Positions 10,215 to 22,296 are shown, counted from the first letter of the stretch. The stretch is 64,000 bases of DNA from an uncultured Actinomycetota bacterium (GCA_964517765.1 CAZFEN010000003.1:15880-79879), one strand, 5' to 3'. Notes: generated by a model not told the origin, from the letters alone. Numbers and translations: made by a program.

Positions 10215-12086
10215 TTACCGGTGAATATTTTTGTATATCTTATTTGCATCTTGATAATTCAATCCTTTTATTTTCATTAAATCCTTTATTGTTTTATTTC
10301 TTAGATCTTCTATCGAGTTTACACTTTCATATACATACTTCTTCTTTTTTTCTCCGATGCCTTTTATTCCATCCAGTATGGAACCGGTCATATTCTTTTC
10401 CCTCAGTCTTCTGTGAAAGTTAACGGCAAACCGGTGTGCTTCATCTCTTGCCTTAATAAGAATCCTTGCATATCTATCATGCAAATCAAGCTTTAATCCA
10501 TCAGGGTATTTATCACAGAATACTACTTCCTCTTTTTTTGCAATACTGATGATATCAATGCCAGCTATATTTTTTTCAGATAATAATCTTTTTATCGTAT
10601 TATACTGTGCCTTTCCCCCATCGATTATTATTAGATCGGGCTTTATATAGAAGTTTTCTCTTTTTTTTATTTCTCCGTTCTCAAGGTATTTAAGTCTCCT
10701 TACAACTACTTCGTTTATCATTCTGCAATCATCCTGGCCCTTAACATCTTTTATCTTAAAATACCTGTAATTATCAGTCAACATTATGCCGTCCAGAGAA
10801 ACAGACATCGATCCGACAGGAAAAGAATTTTTTAGATTTGAAATATCAAAACATTCTATTCTCCCCGGAACATTGGCCAATCCAAAAACTTCTTTCAATT
10901 TTATGGCATCCTTATAAACATTACTGAGTCCCGTGTCCTTTTCAAACTTTTTTTTCTCAAGATATAATTTTGAATTTCTGATCACCATCTCCATTATTTT
11001 TTTCTTTTCACCTATTTTAGGAACTATTATGTCTATTTTTTTACTTTTCTTTTTACTCAACCAATCCGATATCGATACAGTACTTGTCATATCTGCGGAG
11101 CAAAAAATTTTCGACGGAATATCATCTTTATCCGTATAATATTTTTCTATAAATCCCGATAAAATCTCGTTATCTTCCAGATGTCCGGCATTATTCACAA
11201 TAAAATTATTGATAATCGCAAGCATCCCGGATCTGTAAGTAAATAAGCTTATTGCCGAATCATCAATACTCCTGGCGATAGATATGAAATCCCACTTACT
11301 GCCGCCGGGAAAGAATATTTTTTGTTCCCTGTAAAGTTTATTTATGTCTTCTATCTTATTTTTAATTTCAGCCGCTTTTTCAAATTCTTTTTTCTTTGCA
11401 TAATGATCCATTTTTACTTTCAATTGGGAGGTTATGGTCCTGTCCCTGCCTTTCAGGAATAACATAACATAATCGATATTTTTGCCGTACTGCTCCGGAG
11501 ATACATTGTCAATACATGGTGCCGGACATAGTTTGATATGGTAATTAAGACAGGGCGTATTTACACCTTTCCCCGGTTTTGCCTTCTTACAATCACGTAC
11601 CTGAAATATTTTTCTTAAATATTCAAGAGTTTTCCTTACGGCTCTGGCATCCGTATAGGGCCCGAAATATCTGGCATCTTTCATGTTCCTGTCTCTGGTC
11701 AAAAAAACACGTGGGAATTTTTCCCCTATTGTCACGGCAACAAAAGGATATGATTTATCATCCTTCAGTTCTATATTGTATTTTGGTTTATTTTTTTTAA
11801 TTAGATTACCCTCCAGAATAAGCGCTTCTGTTTCATTATCTGTGACAATATAATCGATAGATTTGATTTTTTTGGCAAAATCCGACGGTTTGGCGTAAGG
11901 AAGTTTAATTCTGTTATCCTGAAAATAACTCTTTACCCTGCTGGAAAGATTCTTTGCTTTGCCTACATAAATAATTTCATCATGATAATTTTTAAAAATA
12001 TAGACCCCGGTTTTTCGGGGAAGAATCTTCAAAAGTTCTTTTATTTTACTTTCCTGATTATTGTCATCGATTATTTTTTTATTCAC
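10215..12086 (-). CDS. uvrC: Excinuclease ABC subunit C
   Basis: GIY-YIG ('GVYIFK..IIYVGKAKNL'), Cys cluster, 'RIECFDISN', 'IDGGKAQ', 'RDEAHRFA', HhH. Confidence 0.97.
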   Translation of the reverse strand: MNKKIIDDNNQESKIKELLKILPRKTGVYIFKNYHDEIIYVGKAKNLSSRVKSYFQDNRIKLPYAKPSDFAKKIKSIDYIVTDNETEALILEGNLIKKNKPKYNIELKDDKSYPFVAVTIGEKFPRVFLTRDRNMKDARYFGPYTDARAVRKTLEYLRKIFQVRDCKKAKPGKGVNTPCLNYHIKLCPAPCIDNVSPEQYGKNIDYVMLFLKGRDRTITSQLKVKMDHYAKKKEFEKAAEIKNKIEDINKLYREQKIFFPGGSKWDFISIARSIDDSAISLFTYRSGMLAIINNFIVNNAGHLEDNEILSGFIEKYYTDKDDIPSKIFCSADMTSTVSISDWLSKKKSKKIDIIVPKIGEKKKIMEMVIRNSKLYLEKKKFEKDTGLSNVYKDAIKLKEVFGLANVPGRIECFDISNLKNSFPVGSMSVSLDGIMLTDNYRYFKIKDVKGQDDCRMINEVVVRRLKYLENGEIKKRENFYIKPDLIIIDGGKAQYNTIKRLLSEKNIAGIDIISIAKKEEVVFCDKYPDGLKLDLHDRYARILIKARDEAHRFAVNFHRRLREKNMTGSILDGIKGIGEKKKKYVYESVNSIEDLRNKTIKDLMKIKGLNYQDANKIYKNIHR

Positions 12087-12093
12087 TGCAGAT

Positions 12094-14949
12094 TCACCTG
12101 TAGAGCCGTTCCTTCACAAGATTTTTATTCATATACTTTTTTAAAAACTGTCCTGTGTAAGAATCAATATTTTCCGATATTTCTTCGGGAGTTCCGAGGG
12201 CAATTATTTCTCCGCCCTTATCTCCCCCTTCCGGTCCAAGATCTATAATATAATCGGCGGTTTTTATGACTTCCAGATTATGTTCTATCACAAGTACGGT
12301 GTTTCCTGCATCTACCAATTTTTTCAATATCGCAAGTAATTTATTTATATCATCGAAGTGAAGTCCCGTAGTAGGTTCATCAAGCAAATATAATGTACTT
12401 CCGGTACTTTTTTTCGAAAGTTCCGTAGACAATTTGACTCTCTGCGCCTCTCCGCCTGATAATGTAGTCGAAGATTGTCCTAATTTGATATAACCAAGAC
12501 CCACATCATTAATGAGTTTTAGTTTTCTATTGATTCTCGGAATATTTTCAAAAAAGATCATTGCTTCTTCTACGGTCATATTCAAAACATCGTCTATATT
12601 TTTCCCTTTATATATCACTTCAAGAGTCTCGCGGTTAAATCTCTTTCCTTTACAAACTTCACAGGGAACATAAATATCGGGCAGAAAATGCATCTCTATT
12701 TTTATAAGTCCGTCCCCATTGCAGAATTCACACCTTCCCCCTTTTACATTAAAACTGAATCTTCCCGGTTTATATCCTTTGATCCTGGATTCATGTGTTT
12801 TTGAGAATAACTCTCTTATATAAGTAAAAACACCCGTATAAGTGGCCGGATTCGATCGGGGTGTTCTTCCTATGGGAGATTGATCTATAACTATAACTTT
12901 ATCCAGATTATTATAATTTAATATTCCATCATGTTTTCCCGAATTATAATTTGTCCTCATAAGCAGATTGGAAAGCGATGGGTATAATATCTCATTTACA
13001 AGTGTACTTTTACCTGATCCCGAAACTCCCGTTACGGCAATAAGCTTACCCAGGTCTATCCGAACGTCGATATTCTTAAGATTATGTTCTCTTGCACCTT
13101 TAATAGTAATAAAATTTCCGTTTCCTTTTCTCCGCTCCCCTGGAACAGCTATCGATTTTTCCCCTGATAGATATTTTCCGGTTATTGATTTCTCGCATGT
13201 GTAAATATCTTCCAGGTTTCCGCTGAACACGATTTCCCCTCCATGTATTCCCGCACCGGGCCCGATATCGACTAAAAAATCCGAACTCCTCATGGTTTCT
13301 TCATCATGTTCTATTACTATTATTGTGTTTCCAAGGTCTCTCAACCGTTTCAATGCGTTTATCAATTTCTTGTTATCTCTTTGATGGAGACCGATACTCG
13401 GTTCATCAAGTATATAAAGGACCCCCACGAGCCCCGATCCTATTTGTGTGGCCAACCTTATCCTCTGAGATTCACCACCGGATAAGGTACTGGATTTCCT
13501 GTCAAGGGTCAGATACCCCAGCCCTACGTCTTTCAAAAAATTCAGCCTCTCTATTATTTCTTTTATCAGTCTCTCCCCTATCATTTTTTCTCTATCCGAC
13601 AGCTTAAGTGATTTTAACCACCCCATACCTTCCTCAACAGTTTTTTCACAGAAATCCGAAATAGAAAGCATGCCAATTTTCACTGCAAGGCTTTCCGGCC
13701 GGAGTCTCTTACCATTGCATCCTCTGCATGGTTTGCTGCTTATCAATTTTTCTATTTTGATCCTCTGGCTTTCGGATTCCGTTTCCAGATATCTTCTGCT
13801 TAAATTATTGGCTAGACCTTCGAATTTTATATAATAATGTCTTAATCTGCCCTTATGGTTTATATAACTGAGTTTTACCCTTTTACCATCGGTCCCGTAT
13901 AATATTGTCCTTCTTGCATATTCGTCAAGATCCTTAAAAGGAGTATTTAAATTAAATCCATATTCTTCAGCCAGACTTTTCATCAACTGTGAATAATAAT
14001 TTGAATATCCCATATTAAAGAAAGGGATTGCACCATCCATTATGCTTAAGTCCGGATGTTCCACTATTAAATCAGAATCCACTTCTTTGCTTATACCCAG
14101 TCCGCTGCATTCCTTGCATGCACCATAAGGACTATTGAAGGAAAACATTCGCGGAGTAAGTTCTTCAAAATCAAGGCCGCAGTCCACGCAGGAAAAATTT
14201 TCCGAGAAGCTTTGTATCTCTCCCGAATCAAGCAATTGAATGTAAACAATACCACCGCTTTCCTTGAGTGATATTTCTATATCCTCCGAAAGTCTTTTTC
14301 TTATATCGGATTTTATTTTTAATCTGTCAATGATTATTTCAATGTTATGTTTAAGGTTTTTATCCAGCTTCAGATCAAAATTATCTCCAGGCTCGTAAAT
14401 ATTTCCATCTACCCTGACTCTTGCATAACCGTTATTTTTAATATCTTCGAATGTTTTGATATATTCGCCTTTTCTTCCTCTTACAATAGGTGAAAGGATT
14501 TGAAATTTAGTGTTTTCCGGTAATTCCAGAACCCTGTCGACTATCTGATCCACTGTCTGCCTGGTTATACGTTTCCCGCATCTGTAGCAGTAAGGTACCC
14601 CGATTTGAGCATAAAGAACACGGAGATAATCATATATTTCAGTTATCGTTCCCACCGTAGATCTGGGATTCTTTGAAACACCTTTTTGATTTATAGAAAC
14701 TGCGGGGGACAGGCCTTCTATTAAATCAACATCCGGTTTTTCCATCTGTCCCAGAAACTGCCTTGCATAAGAAGAAAGTGATTCTACATATCTTCTCTGT
14801 CCTTCGGCATAAATCGTATCAAATGCCAGTGATGATTTTCCCGATCCGCTTACACCGGTAAAAACTACGAATTTATTTCTTGGAATTCTTAAATTTATAT
14901 TTTTAAGGTTATGCTCCCTGGCACCCTTTATTACTATCTCTTCTTTCAT
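12094..14949 (-). CDS. uvrA: Excinuclease ABC subunit A
   Basis: Two ABC cassettes ('GVSGSGKSS', 'LSGGESQR', 'GVSGSGKST', 'LSGGEAQR') plus Zn fingers. Confidence 0.98.
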   Translation of the reverse strand: MKEEIVIKGAREHNLKNINLRIPRNKFVVFTGVSGSGKSSLAFDTIYAEGQRRYVESLSSYARQFLGQMEKPDVDLIEGLSPAVSINQKGVSKNPRSTVGTITEIYDYLRVLYAQIGVPYCYRCGKRITRQTVDQIVDRVLELPENTKFQILSPIVRGRKGEYIKTFEDIKNNGYARVRVDGNIYEPGDNFDLKLDKNLKHNIEIIIDRLKIKSDIRKRLSEDIEISLKESGGIVYIQLLDSGEIQSFSENFSCVDCGLDFEELTPRMFSFNSPYGACKECSGLGISKEVDSDLIVEHPDLSIMDGAIPFFNMGYSNYYSQLMKSLAEEYGFNLNTPFKDLDEYARRTILYGTDGKRVKLSYINHKGRLRHYYIKFEGLANNLSRRYLETESESQRIKIEKLISSKPCRGCNGKRLRPESLAVKIGMLSISDFCEKTVEEGMGWLKSLKLSDREKMIGERLIKEIIERLNFLKDVGLGYLTLDRKSSTLSGGESQRIRLATQIGSGLVGVLYILDEPSIGLHQRDNKKLINALKRLRDLGNTIIVIEHDEETMRSSDFLVDIGPGAGIHGGEIVFSGNLEDIYTCEKSITGKYLSGEKSIAVPGERRKGNGNFITIKGAREHNLKNIDVRIDLGKLIAVTGVSGSGKSTLVNEILYPSLSNLLMRTNYNSGKHDGILNYNNLDKVIVIDQSPIGRTPRSNPATYTGVFTYIRELFSKTHESRIKGYKPGRFSFNVKGGRCEFCNGDGLIKIEMHFLPDIYVPCEVCKGKRFNRETLEVIYKGKNIDDVLNMTVEEAMIFFENIPRINRKLKLINDVGLGYIKLGQSSTTLSGGEAQRVKLSTELSKKSTGSTLYLLDEPTTGLHFDDINKLLAILKKLVDAGNTVLVIEHNLEVIKTADYIIDLGPEGGDKGGEIIALGTPEEISENIDSYTGQFLKKYMNKNLVKERLYR

Positions 14950-14954
14950 ATATA

Positions 14955-16985
14955 TTATTTTTTAACCTCTATATTTGTTATCTTCTTTATCCTTTTTATT
15001 TCATCTCTGATCATAGCAGCTTTCTCAAAGTTCAACTCTCTTGCCTCAAGATTCATCTCTTCCTCGAGGCCACTTATTATAGTGGCAACTTCCGATGGTT
15101 CCATATCCAGTATTTTATCCTCACCGAATATCTTTTTCTTTTCGCTTACTTTTAAGTCAGCTCTTGTTTCTTTCTTCGATTTTATTCCTCTGCTGTATAA
15201 TATGTCAGATATAGTCTTATTTATAGTTGTTGGCGTTATATTATGTTTCTTATTATATTCTATCTGAATTTCTCTTCTCCTGTTTGTTTCATATAATGCA
15301 TTTTTTATAGAATCCGTTATATTATCTGCGTACATTATAACTATACCATTCACATTTCTTGCAGCTCTTCCTATAGTCTGTATAAGCGATATTTCCGATC
15401 TGAGGAATCCTTCTTTATCCGCATCCAGAATAGCTACCAGCGATACCTCCGGTAGGTCCAATCCTTCACGGAGCAGATTTATACCAACCAGTACGTCGCA
15501 TTCCCCTGTTCTTAAATACCTCAGTATTTCCACTCTCTCTAGAGTATCTATGGTAGAATGCAAGTATCTTACTTTTATCTTCTTACTTGCCAGATAATCA
15601 GCCAGGTCTTCGGCCATTCTTTTTGTAAGAGTAGTTACCAGCGCCCTTTCGCCTCTGCTTATGACTTTCTTTATCTCATCCATCAGATCATCTATCTGAC
15701 CTCTGGTTTTTCTCACATAGACCTGCGGATCGACCAGACCAGTGGGCCTGATTATCTGCTCCACAATCTGGTTACTCACCCTTCTCTCGTATGGTCCGGG
15801 GGTTGCTGAAGTAAATATCACTCTTCTGGCTTTAGACTCGAATTCTTCGAATCTTAATGGCCTATTATCCATCGCCGATGGGAGCCTGAATCCGTAATCT
15901 ACAAGTGTTTGTTTTCTGGAATGATCGCCTTCATACATCCCTCTGATCTGAGGAATGGCAATATGAGATTCGTCTATAACAACCAGGAAATCTTCTGGGA
16001 AAAAATCGAGCAGGGTGTTCGGTGCCTCTCCCGGTTTTTTCCCAAGTATGTGCCTCGAATAATTTTCGATACCGCCACAAAATCCCAGTTCTGCTATCAT
16101 CTCCATGTCGTATCTGGTCCTTGATTCCAATCTCTGGGCTTCCAGCAGTTTATCCGTATCTTTAAAATATTTTAGTCTTTCACTTAATTCTTCCTTTATT
16201 GTCCCGAGTGCTCTTTCTACCCATTCTGCTGTTGCCAGAAAATGAGTTGCCGGCGATATTATATAGGCTTCCTTATCATCAAAGATTTCACCGGATACAG
16301 GATCGAACTCAACTATTCTTTCTAATTCATCTTCCAAAAGCTGGATTCTCACGGCCCTGTCCTGGTATGCAGGAAATATTTCTATTGTGTCCCCTTTGAC
16401 CCTGAATTTACCGTTTGTAAAATCATATTCATTTCTTTCATATCTTATATTTACCAGCTTATTTATTATTTCTTCTCTTGGGAACATCTCACCCGACCTC
16501 AAAATAATTCTCTGTTTTCCATATTCGGAAGGTGAACCCAGTCCATATATACAGGATACACTTGCAACCACTATTACATCATTTCTTGTATAAAGGGAGT
16601 TAGTAGTGGATAATCTCAACTTTTCTATTTCTTCATTTATCGAAGTATCTTTCTCGATGTACATATCCTTACCGGGTAAATATGCTTCCGGCTGATAATA
16701 ATCATAATAGCTTACGAAAAATTCAACTGCATTATCGGGAAAGAACTCTTTGAATTCATTACAGAGTTGAGCCGCAAGAGTTTTATTAGGAGCAAGAACC
16801 AGCGTGGGGATTTGAATATTTTTTATTACATTCGCTATAGAATAAGTCTTTCCTGAACCGGTGACTCCCAGCAGACTCTGAAATTTAAGGTTATTCTTAA
16901 TTCCTTCCGTTAATTGGCTTATAGCCTTCCCCTGGTCACCCTGGGGAGAGTAATTGGATACTATTTTAAATTGCGAATCGGTCAT
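14955..16985 (-). CDS. uvrB: Excinuclease ABC subunit B
   Basis: 'GVTGSGKT', '[10 protein letters not shown]', 'DESH', '[14 protein letters not shown]', C-terminal UVR domain. Confidence 0.98.
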   Translation of the reverse strand: MTDSQFKIVSNYSPQGDQGKAISQLTEGIKNNLKFQSLLGVTGSGKTYSIANVIKNIQIPTLVLAPNKTLAAQLCNEFKEFFPDNAVEFFVSYYDYYQPEAYLPGKDMYIEKDTSINEEIEKLRLSTTNSLYTRNDVIVVASVSCIYGLGSPSEYGKQRIILRSGEMFPREEIINKLVNIRYERNEYDFTNGKFRVKGDTIEIFPAYQDRAVRIQLLEDELERIVEFDPVSGEIFDDKEAYIISPATHFLATAEWVERALGTIKEELSERLKYFKDTDKLLEAQRLESRTRYDMEMIAELGFCGGIENYSRHILGKKPGEAPNTLLDFFPEDFLVVIDESHIAIPQIRGMYEGDHSRKQTLVDYGFRLPSAMDNRPLRFEEFESKARRVIFTSATPGPYERRVSNQIVEQIIRPTGLVDPQVYVRKTRGQIDDLMDEIKKVISRGERALVTTLTKRMAEDLADYLASKKIKVRYLHSTIDTLERVEILRYLRTGECDVLVGINLLREGLDLPEVSLVAILDADKEGFLRSEISLIQTIGRAARNVNGIVIMYADNITDSIKNALYETNRRREIQIEYNKKHNITPTTINKTISDILYSRGIKSKKETRADLKVSEKKKIFGEDKILDMEPSEVATIISGLEEEMNLEARELNFEKAAMIRDEIKRIKKITNIEVKK

Positions 16986-17003
16986 ATTTTTTTATTAATA
17001 CAC

Positions 17004-17585
17004 TTAAATTTTTTCTAAGATCTTTTCAACTTTGCCAGGCAGATCTCTTTTAGAACCATTATTTTCAATTATAAACGACACTTTTTCTTTTTTTATTTTA
17101 ATATGCTGGCCTTTCATCCTTAATTTTACTTTTTTATCCGAAAAACCTTTACTCTTAAGAAAAGTCTCCCTCATTTTACCGGGTGCTTCAACCAGAATTA
17201 TATAATCACAAAGCAGGTCCAATTTACAATCAAAGAGTACTGCTGCATCTATTATTATATAATCCTTATCCTGGTTCTTATTTAAAATATTTTCAACCTG
17301 ATTTCTAATCAATGGAAACATCAAACCATTTAATTTTTTTAAATCCTTCTTACTTGAAAAAACTTTCTCTGCCAGAGATTCAAAAATCAGATCTCCTTCT
17401 GGTTCGAATATTTCATTTCCAAAAATAACTTTAAGTTTAATCAGGATTTCAGGATTTTTCGAATAGATACTTTTCGCCAGTTTATCTATGTCCAGTATCA
17501 GGACGTTTTTCTTTATTTTTTTTATAAAACCAGATACCGTACTTTTACCCGAAGCAATCCTGCCCGTGATTCCCAATACTATTAT
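17004..17585 (-). CDS. coaE: Dephospho-CoA kinase (start uncertain: TTG 17576, or ATA 17585/17582)
   Basis: P-loop 'GITGRIASGKST', 'IDAAVLFD'; rpsA-coaE-uvrB synteny; see the start-codon finding. Confidence 0.85.
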   Translation of the reverse strand: MIVLGITGRIASGKSTVSGFIKKIKKNVLILDIDKLAKSIYSKNPEILIKLKVIFGNEIFEPEGDLIFESLAEKVFSSKKDLKKLNGLMFPLIRNQVENILNKNQDKDYIIIDAAVLFDCKLDLLCDYIILVEAPGKMRETFLKSKGFSDKKVKLRMKGQHIKIKKEKVSFIIENNGSKRDLPGKVEKILEKI

Positions 17586-17739
17586 TGTATCCTCCTTCTA
17601 TCTTTATAAGTCAATTATACCTTACTTATAAAAGAGTGGAATTAAATATGAAAAGATGGTTACAACCAATGGTTATTAAAATAATTCTCGCGGTTCAGGC
17701 AGTTTTAAGATATAAACTAAAATGGCCGGAAATGGGACT

Positions 17740-19080
17740 TTAATCTATTTTAGCTTCGTCTTTCATTTCCTTGAGTATTTCTTTTATCTGTCTTTTTTTA
17801 CTGGATTCGTTATCTTCTGTTTCTTTGTTCTGGCTCTTTTCAGCTTCTTTGCCAGAGATTTCTTCTTTCTCATCAGTTTTCTTTGAATCTTTTTTAGAAG
17901 TTTCCTTTTTTACACTTTTTTTACCTGATTTTGAATCCCTGGCTTCTTTATCTTCTTCTTTTTCTTCGATTGGATTTTCAACCTGTTTGACACTAAAAGC
18001 CATTCTTCTTTTATCAAAATCTATATCAATGATCCTTACCATTAATTCATCCCCGATTTTTGCAGCATCACTGGGTCTTTTTACCGTTTCCGGGCTTAAC
18101 TCCGATATATGTACCAGACCCTCCAGGTCCCCTTCTACCTGAACAAATAAACCGAATTTTACAATACGGGTTACTTTGCCCTTGACAATATCTTTAACCG
18201 AATAATTTTTTATTTTCTCAAGCCATGGATCTTTCTGGGTTTGTTTCAGGCCCAGGGACAATCTTTGCTTTTCATAATCGATATCCAGTATCTCCACATC
18301 TACTTCTTGATTGACGCTGACCACTTCGGAAGGATGCTTCACGTGGTTCCAGGAAAGTTCCGATATATGCACCAGCCCGTCGACACCCTCGACGTCCACA
18401 AATGCTCCGAATTCCGCAATACTTGTGATTATTCCCTTCCTTATTTGCCCTACTTCCATTTTATTAAGTATTTCTTTTCGCTGTTCTTTTCTTTCACCTT
18501 CTATGATTGCTTTCCTGGATAGGACAACATTATTCCTGTTCCTGTCCACTTCTATGATCTTACATGTACACTTTTCGCCAATATAAGATTCCAAATCTTT
18601 AGTTTTTCTTACATCTATCAAGGACGCAGGTAAAAATCCCCTTAAGCCTATATCTACTATCAGGCCTCCTTTTACACATTCTATGATCTCCCCTTCAACG
18701 GTATCTCCACCCTGGTATATTTTTTCTATCCTGTCAAAATTCTGCTCCACTTCCGCTCTCTTTTTGGATAATATCAACCTCCCATCCTGATCTTCCTTCT
18801 GCATTACCATTATTTCTATCTCATCATCCACCTTTAGAACATTTTCGGGTTTGACATCGTTCCTTATAGAAAGTTCGTTTATCGGTATAACTCCTTCGGA
18901 TTTGAATCCTACGTCGACCAGGATCTCGTCTTTGTCGATTTTTACCACTCTGCCCCTTATCACATCGCCATCATTCAAATCAATCATGGTAAGGTCATAA
19001 TTGGGGACCATCTTACCATCCTTGTTTTCTATCATGCAATTGTCATTCGTTAGTTTTCCGTAAAAATTATTATCGGTCAT
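17740..19080 (-). CDS. rpsA: 30S ribosomal protein S1 (four S1 domains plus charged tail)
   Basis: 'DVGFKSEGVIP', 'GFLPASLID', 'DGLVHISELSW', 'EGLVHISELS'. Confidence 0.96.
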   Translation of the reverse strand: MTDNNFYGKLTNDNCMIENKDGKMVPNYDLTMIDLNDGDVIRGRVVKIDKDEILVDVGFKSEGVIPINELSIRNDVKPENVLKVDDEIEIMVMQKEDQDGRLILSKKRAEVEQNFDRIEKIYQGGDTVEGEIIECVKGGLIVDIGLRGFLPASLIDVRKTKDLESYIGEKCTCKIIEVDRNRNNVVLSRKAIIEGERKEQRKEILNKMEVGQIRKGIITSIAEFGAFVDVEGVDGLVHISELSWNHVKHPSEVVSVNQEVDVEILDIDYEKQRLSLGLKQTQKDPWLEKIKNYSVKDIVKGKVTRIVKFGLFVQVEGDLEGLVHISELSPETVKRPSDAAKIGDELMVRIIDIDFDKRRMAFSVKQVENPIEEKEEDKEARDSKSGKKSVKKETSKKDSKKTDEKEEISGKEAEKSQNKETEDNESSKKRQIKEILKEMKDEAKID

Positions 19081-19162
19081 AGTTAATAAATCATTCTCCT
19101 TTTTTAATATTCGAAAAGGATAACATGCGTGAAAATAATAATCAATATTATAAAATATTTTT

Positions 19163-21901
19163 CTAAATATACCAATTTTTGCCCGTTTTTATGTCCACTT
19201 TGAGTTTCACATTCAAATTCACACAATTTTCCATTGATTCAATGACCATTTGCTTTACTTTATCAAGATCTTTCTCTTTTAATTCCAGTACCAGTTCATC
19301 ATGTACATGAAGTATGATATTGCTGTCTATTCCGGTCGCCTTAAGTCCGTTAAAAAGCAAAACAGTGGATAATTTCATTATGTCGGCAGCACTCCCCTGT
19401 ATGGGAGTATTTATTGCAAATCTTTCCCCAAGACTCCTAACGCGGACATTAGTGCTTCCGAGTTCCCTCAAATATCTCTTTCTTCCAAAAATAGTGGTTG
19501 AGTAACCCTTTTTATACGCATCGTCTATTAAAAATTTCAAATATTTTTTTACTCCCGAATAACGGTTAAAATATTTTTGAATGTACTCTCTTGCTTCTTC
19601 CTCCGATATCGAAAGCCTGCTCATAAGACCATATTCTGTCATACCGTATATTATTCCGAAATTTATAGTTTTTGCTTTTCTTCTCAGATTCTCATCGACT
19701 TTATCATAACTTACCCCGAATATCTCCGAAGCTGTATGCGTGTGAATATCTTCCTCCTGCCTAAATGAATCTATAAGATTTTTATCTTCGGAAAGGTGAG
19801 CAAGTACCCTTAACTCTATCTGGGAATAATCCGATGCGAGTATCAGATCATAACCTTTCCCGGGTATAAAAGCTTTTCTTATCTGTTTCCCGTAATCTGT
19901 CCTTACCGGGATATTCTGAAGATTGGGATCACTGCTGCTTATCCTTCCGGTAGATGTTCCCAGCTGGTGGTATGTTGTATGAACCCGAGAGTCCCCGGGA
20001 TCGATCAGGCAGGGTAAGACATCTATATAAGTATTTTTTAATTTGGTTTTTTCTCTAAAGTCCAGTATTTTCTCTATTACCGGAGAACTATCATAAATAG
20101 CCTTAAGTGTCCCTGCATCCGTGGATAATCCTGTTTTGGTTTTTTTCATGGCAGGAAGCTTCATCTTTTTATAGAGGACTTCGGATAATTGCTGGGAAGA
20201 ATTTATATTAAACTCGCCACCACAAATTTTATGAATTTCTTTCCTGAGCCCCTCTATGTCCTTTTCATATTCCTTGATCAAACCATTCAGATATTTTTTA
20301 TCTATGTTGACGCCCTTATATTCTATTTCGGCAAGCACCTTTATGAGAGGTTCTTCTATCTGCCAGTATAGTTTTTCCATATCCTCTTTCTTTAATTCTT
20401 CCAGAAATCTTTTCCCCAAATTTTCATAAAGGCCCAGCTTTTTTAAGATTACATCTAATTTTTCCTTATCCATTTTTGTTTTCTGCTTATCATCCTCATA
20501 CAGATCCAGTTTTAATTGCTTTTTCGTCTCTGTTTTTTTAAATCCTGTACTGCCATCATCTTTGAACTCAATATCTTTTATTTCTATATTCAGGAGATCT
20601 TTAATTATCTCATCCAGAGTAACGGTAGACTTAACAGGATTTAATATCAGGTATAGTATTTTGTAATCTATAAACTTACCATTTAAAATAATGCCGTAGC
20701 TTTTCAGGATTTTATATATTCTTTTAAAATCGAAACCGGTTTTTTTTATTTTTTTATTTTCCAGTACTTTTTTTAAATCCTCTTTTAACTCTTCCCTTAC
20801 AAGGTCGCCTGTTTTAATTAAAAATGCATCGCCTTGCCCGTAATGTAAAATAATACCCTCGAATATATCTTCGGGGCACCATTCAGCTATATACATACTT
20901 TCAGCTGCATTTTTACTCAAGCCTCCAGGATTTAAATTCAGAGTTAAATGTTTAAAAACCGTTTTATCGATTGCTCTTCTGTCTGCAGGGATTCCTTCTT
21001 TGAAATCGATCTTATCTTTAAGACTTGTGAGTTTCTTTTCCAGAGATTTAAACTCAAGACTTTCGAATAACTGTTTGACTCTATCAAAACTGACATCTTT
21101 AAAACTGCTGTCAACAATATTTTCAATATTTAAGTCACCGGGCATCTTTAGTTGAGTAAGTTCTTTGCTTAATACGGCAATATCTTTATTTTTTACAAGC
21201 ATTTCTTTTAGTCTCGGATTTGCTATTTTATCGATATTTGAATAAATCTCTTCGACAGAACCATATTCCCTTACCAGTGATCTGGCTGTTTTTGGTCCAA
21301 TTCCCGGAATACCGGGTATATTATCGGAACTATCTCCCATCAGGGCAAGCAGATCTTTTACATTTTCCGGTTTGACACCAAGTTTTTCCTCTACTTTAAA
21401 CCTATCCATCAATACGGTATCCGTAATACCCTGTTTAATGGCCATTACTCTTACATTACCGGAAACCAGTTGCAGTATATCTTTGTCACCAGTCAATATG
21501 ATTACTTCATCGAATTGATTTTTGATTTTATCCGTTATATCCGCGAGTATGTCATCTGCCTCAAATCCTTCTTTTTCCAGATAAACAATATTGAATGCAT
21601 CCAGGACCTCTTTTATCAGGGGAAATTGTTCGGACAACTCAGTGGGCATTTTTTTTCTTTTTATTTTATACTGATCGAACATCCTGTGCCTGAACGTGGG
21701 GACCTTACTGTCAAAAGCGCATATTATAGTATCCGGATATTGATCCTCTATGAGTCTTAACAACATATTGGTAAAACCAAGAACAGCATTGGTAGCGGTA
21801 CCCGATGAAGTGGATATATTTTCGGGTATAGCATAGAATGCCCTGTATGCAATATTATTCCCATCTATAAGGATAATTTTACTGTTCTTTTTACTTTTCA
21901 A
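19163..21901 (-). CDS. polA: DNA polymerase I
   Basis: 5'-3' exonuclease ('LIDGNNIAYRAFYA', 'GDSSDNIPG'); polymerase motifs 'DYSQIELR', 'KTINFGIIYG', 'LHVHDEL'. Confidence 0.98.
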   Translation of the reverse strand: MKSKKNSKIILIDGNNIAYRAFYAIPENISTSSGTATNAVLGFTNMLLRLIEDQYPDTIICAFDSKVPTFRHRMFDQYKIKRKKMPTELSEQFPLIKEVLDAFNIVYLEKEGFEADDILADITDKIKNQFDEVIILTGDKDILQLVSGNVRVMAIKQGITDTVLMDRFKVEEKLGVKPENVKDLLALMGDSSDNIPGIPGIGPKTARSLVREYGSVEEIYSNIDKIANPRLKEMLVKNKDIAVLSKELTQLKMPGDLNIENIVDSSFKDVSFDRVKQLFESLEFKSLEKKLTSLKDKIDFKEGIPADRRAIDKTVFKHLTLNLNPGGLSKNAAESMYIAEWCPEDIFEGIILHYGQGDAFLIKTGDLVREELKEDLKKVLENKKIKKTGFDFKRIYKILKSYGIILNGKFIDYKILYLILNPVKSTVTLDEIIKDLLNIEIKDIEFKDDGSTGFKKTETKKQLKLDLYEDDKQKTKMDKEKLDVILKKLGLYENLGKRFLEELKKEDMEKLYWQIEEPLIKVLAEIEYKGVNIDKKYLNGLIKEYEKDIEGLRKEIHKICGGEFNINSSQQLSEVLYKKMKLPAMKKTKTGLSTDAGTLKAIYDSSPVIEKILDFREKTKLKNTYIDVLPCLIDPGDSRVHTTYHQLGTSTGRISSSDPNLQNIPVRTDYGKQIRKAFIPGKGYDLILASDYSQIELRVLAHLSEDKNLIDSFRQEEDIHTHTASEIFGVSYDKVDENLRRKAKTINFGIIYGMTEYGLMSRLSISEEEAREYIQKYFNRYSGVKKYLKFLIDDAYKKGYSTTIFGRKRYLRELGSTNVRVRSLGERFAINTPIQGSAADIMKLSTVLLFNGLKATGIDSNIILHVHDELVLELKEKDLDKVKQMVIESMENCVNLNVKLKVDIKTGKNWYI

Positions 21902-22074
21902 TTAAAATCTACCTGACTTTTAAAAAATATTTATTAATTAAATCTTTTGAACTTTTTTATTATAAAAATCTGATATTCTGAAAAATAATAAAATTTCGTC
22001 TGATATTAATGTGTTTTAATATTATATCATTTAAGAAAAATAATTTTGTTAGGATAATGCGCCTGGCAGAAACA

Positions 22075-22121
22075 TAAAAAAAGCGTCATCAAATTTCATA
22101 GAAATTTAATAACGCTTCGTG
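22075..22121 (-). ncRNA. Putative ~47-nt small RNA (single 17-bp hairpin plus U tract)
   Basis: Begins right after a consensus promoter; hairpin 22081-22117 (17 bp incl. GU pairs, 3-nt loop) followed by a U-run. Confidence 0.4.
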
Positions 22122-22127
22122 AGTAAA

Positions 22128-22156
22128 ACTATAATAAATTATTATACAATTGTCAA
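22128..22156 (-). promoter_or_regulatory. Sigma70-type promoter TTGACA-17-TATAGT
   Basis: -35 at 22156-22151, -10 at 22133-22128, 17-nt spacer counted. Confidence 0.6.
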
Positions 22157-22296
22157 TGTTAATATCCTGCAATATCTTACAATAGCCGATAAGGGATCCT
22201 CTGCGTTATATCCAGGCCAGTGGCCCGGTGTATAATTTTTATTTATTTCTAATACCATGAAGGAGATGCAAGCAGACTGGTAATTTACAGCAATTC

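Noticed and set aside
22142-22258. 38-aa - strand ORF MVLEINKNYTPGHWPGYNAEDPLSAIVRYCRILTLTIV over a GC-richer patch
   Set aside because: No SD (the upstream sequence is pyrimidine-rich CTCCTTC), it overlaps the 22128-22156 promoter, and no motif is recognisable. A tblastn search could revive it.
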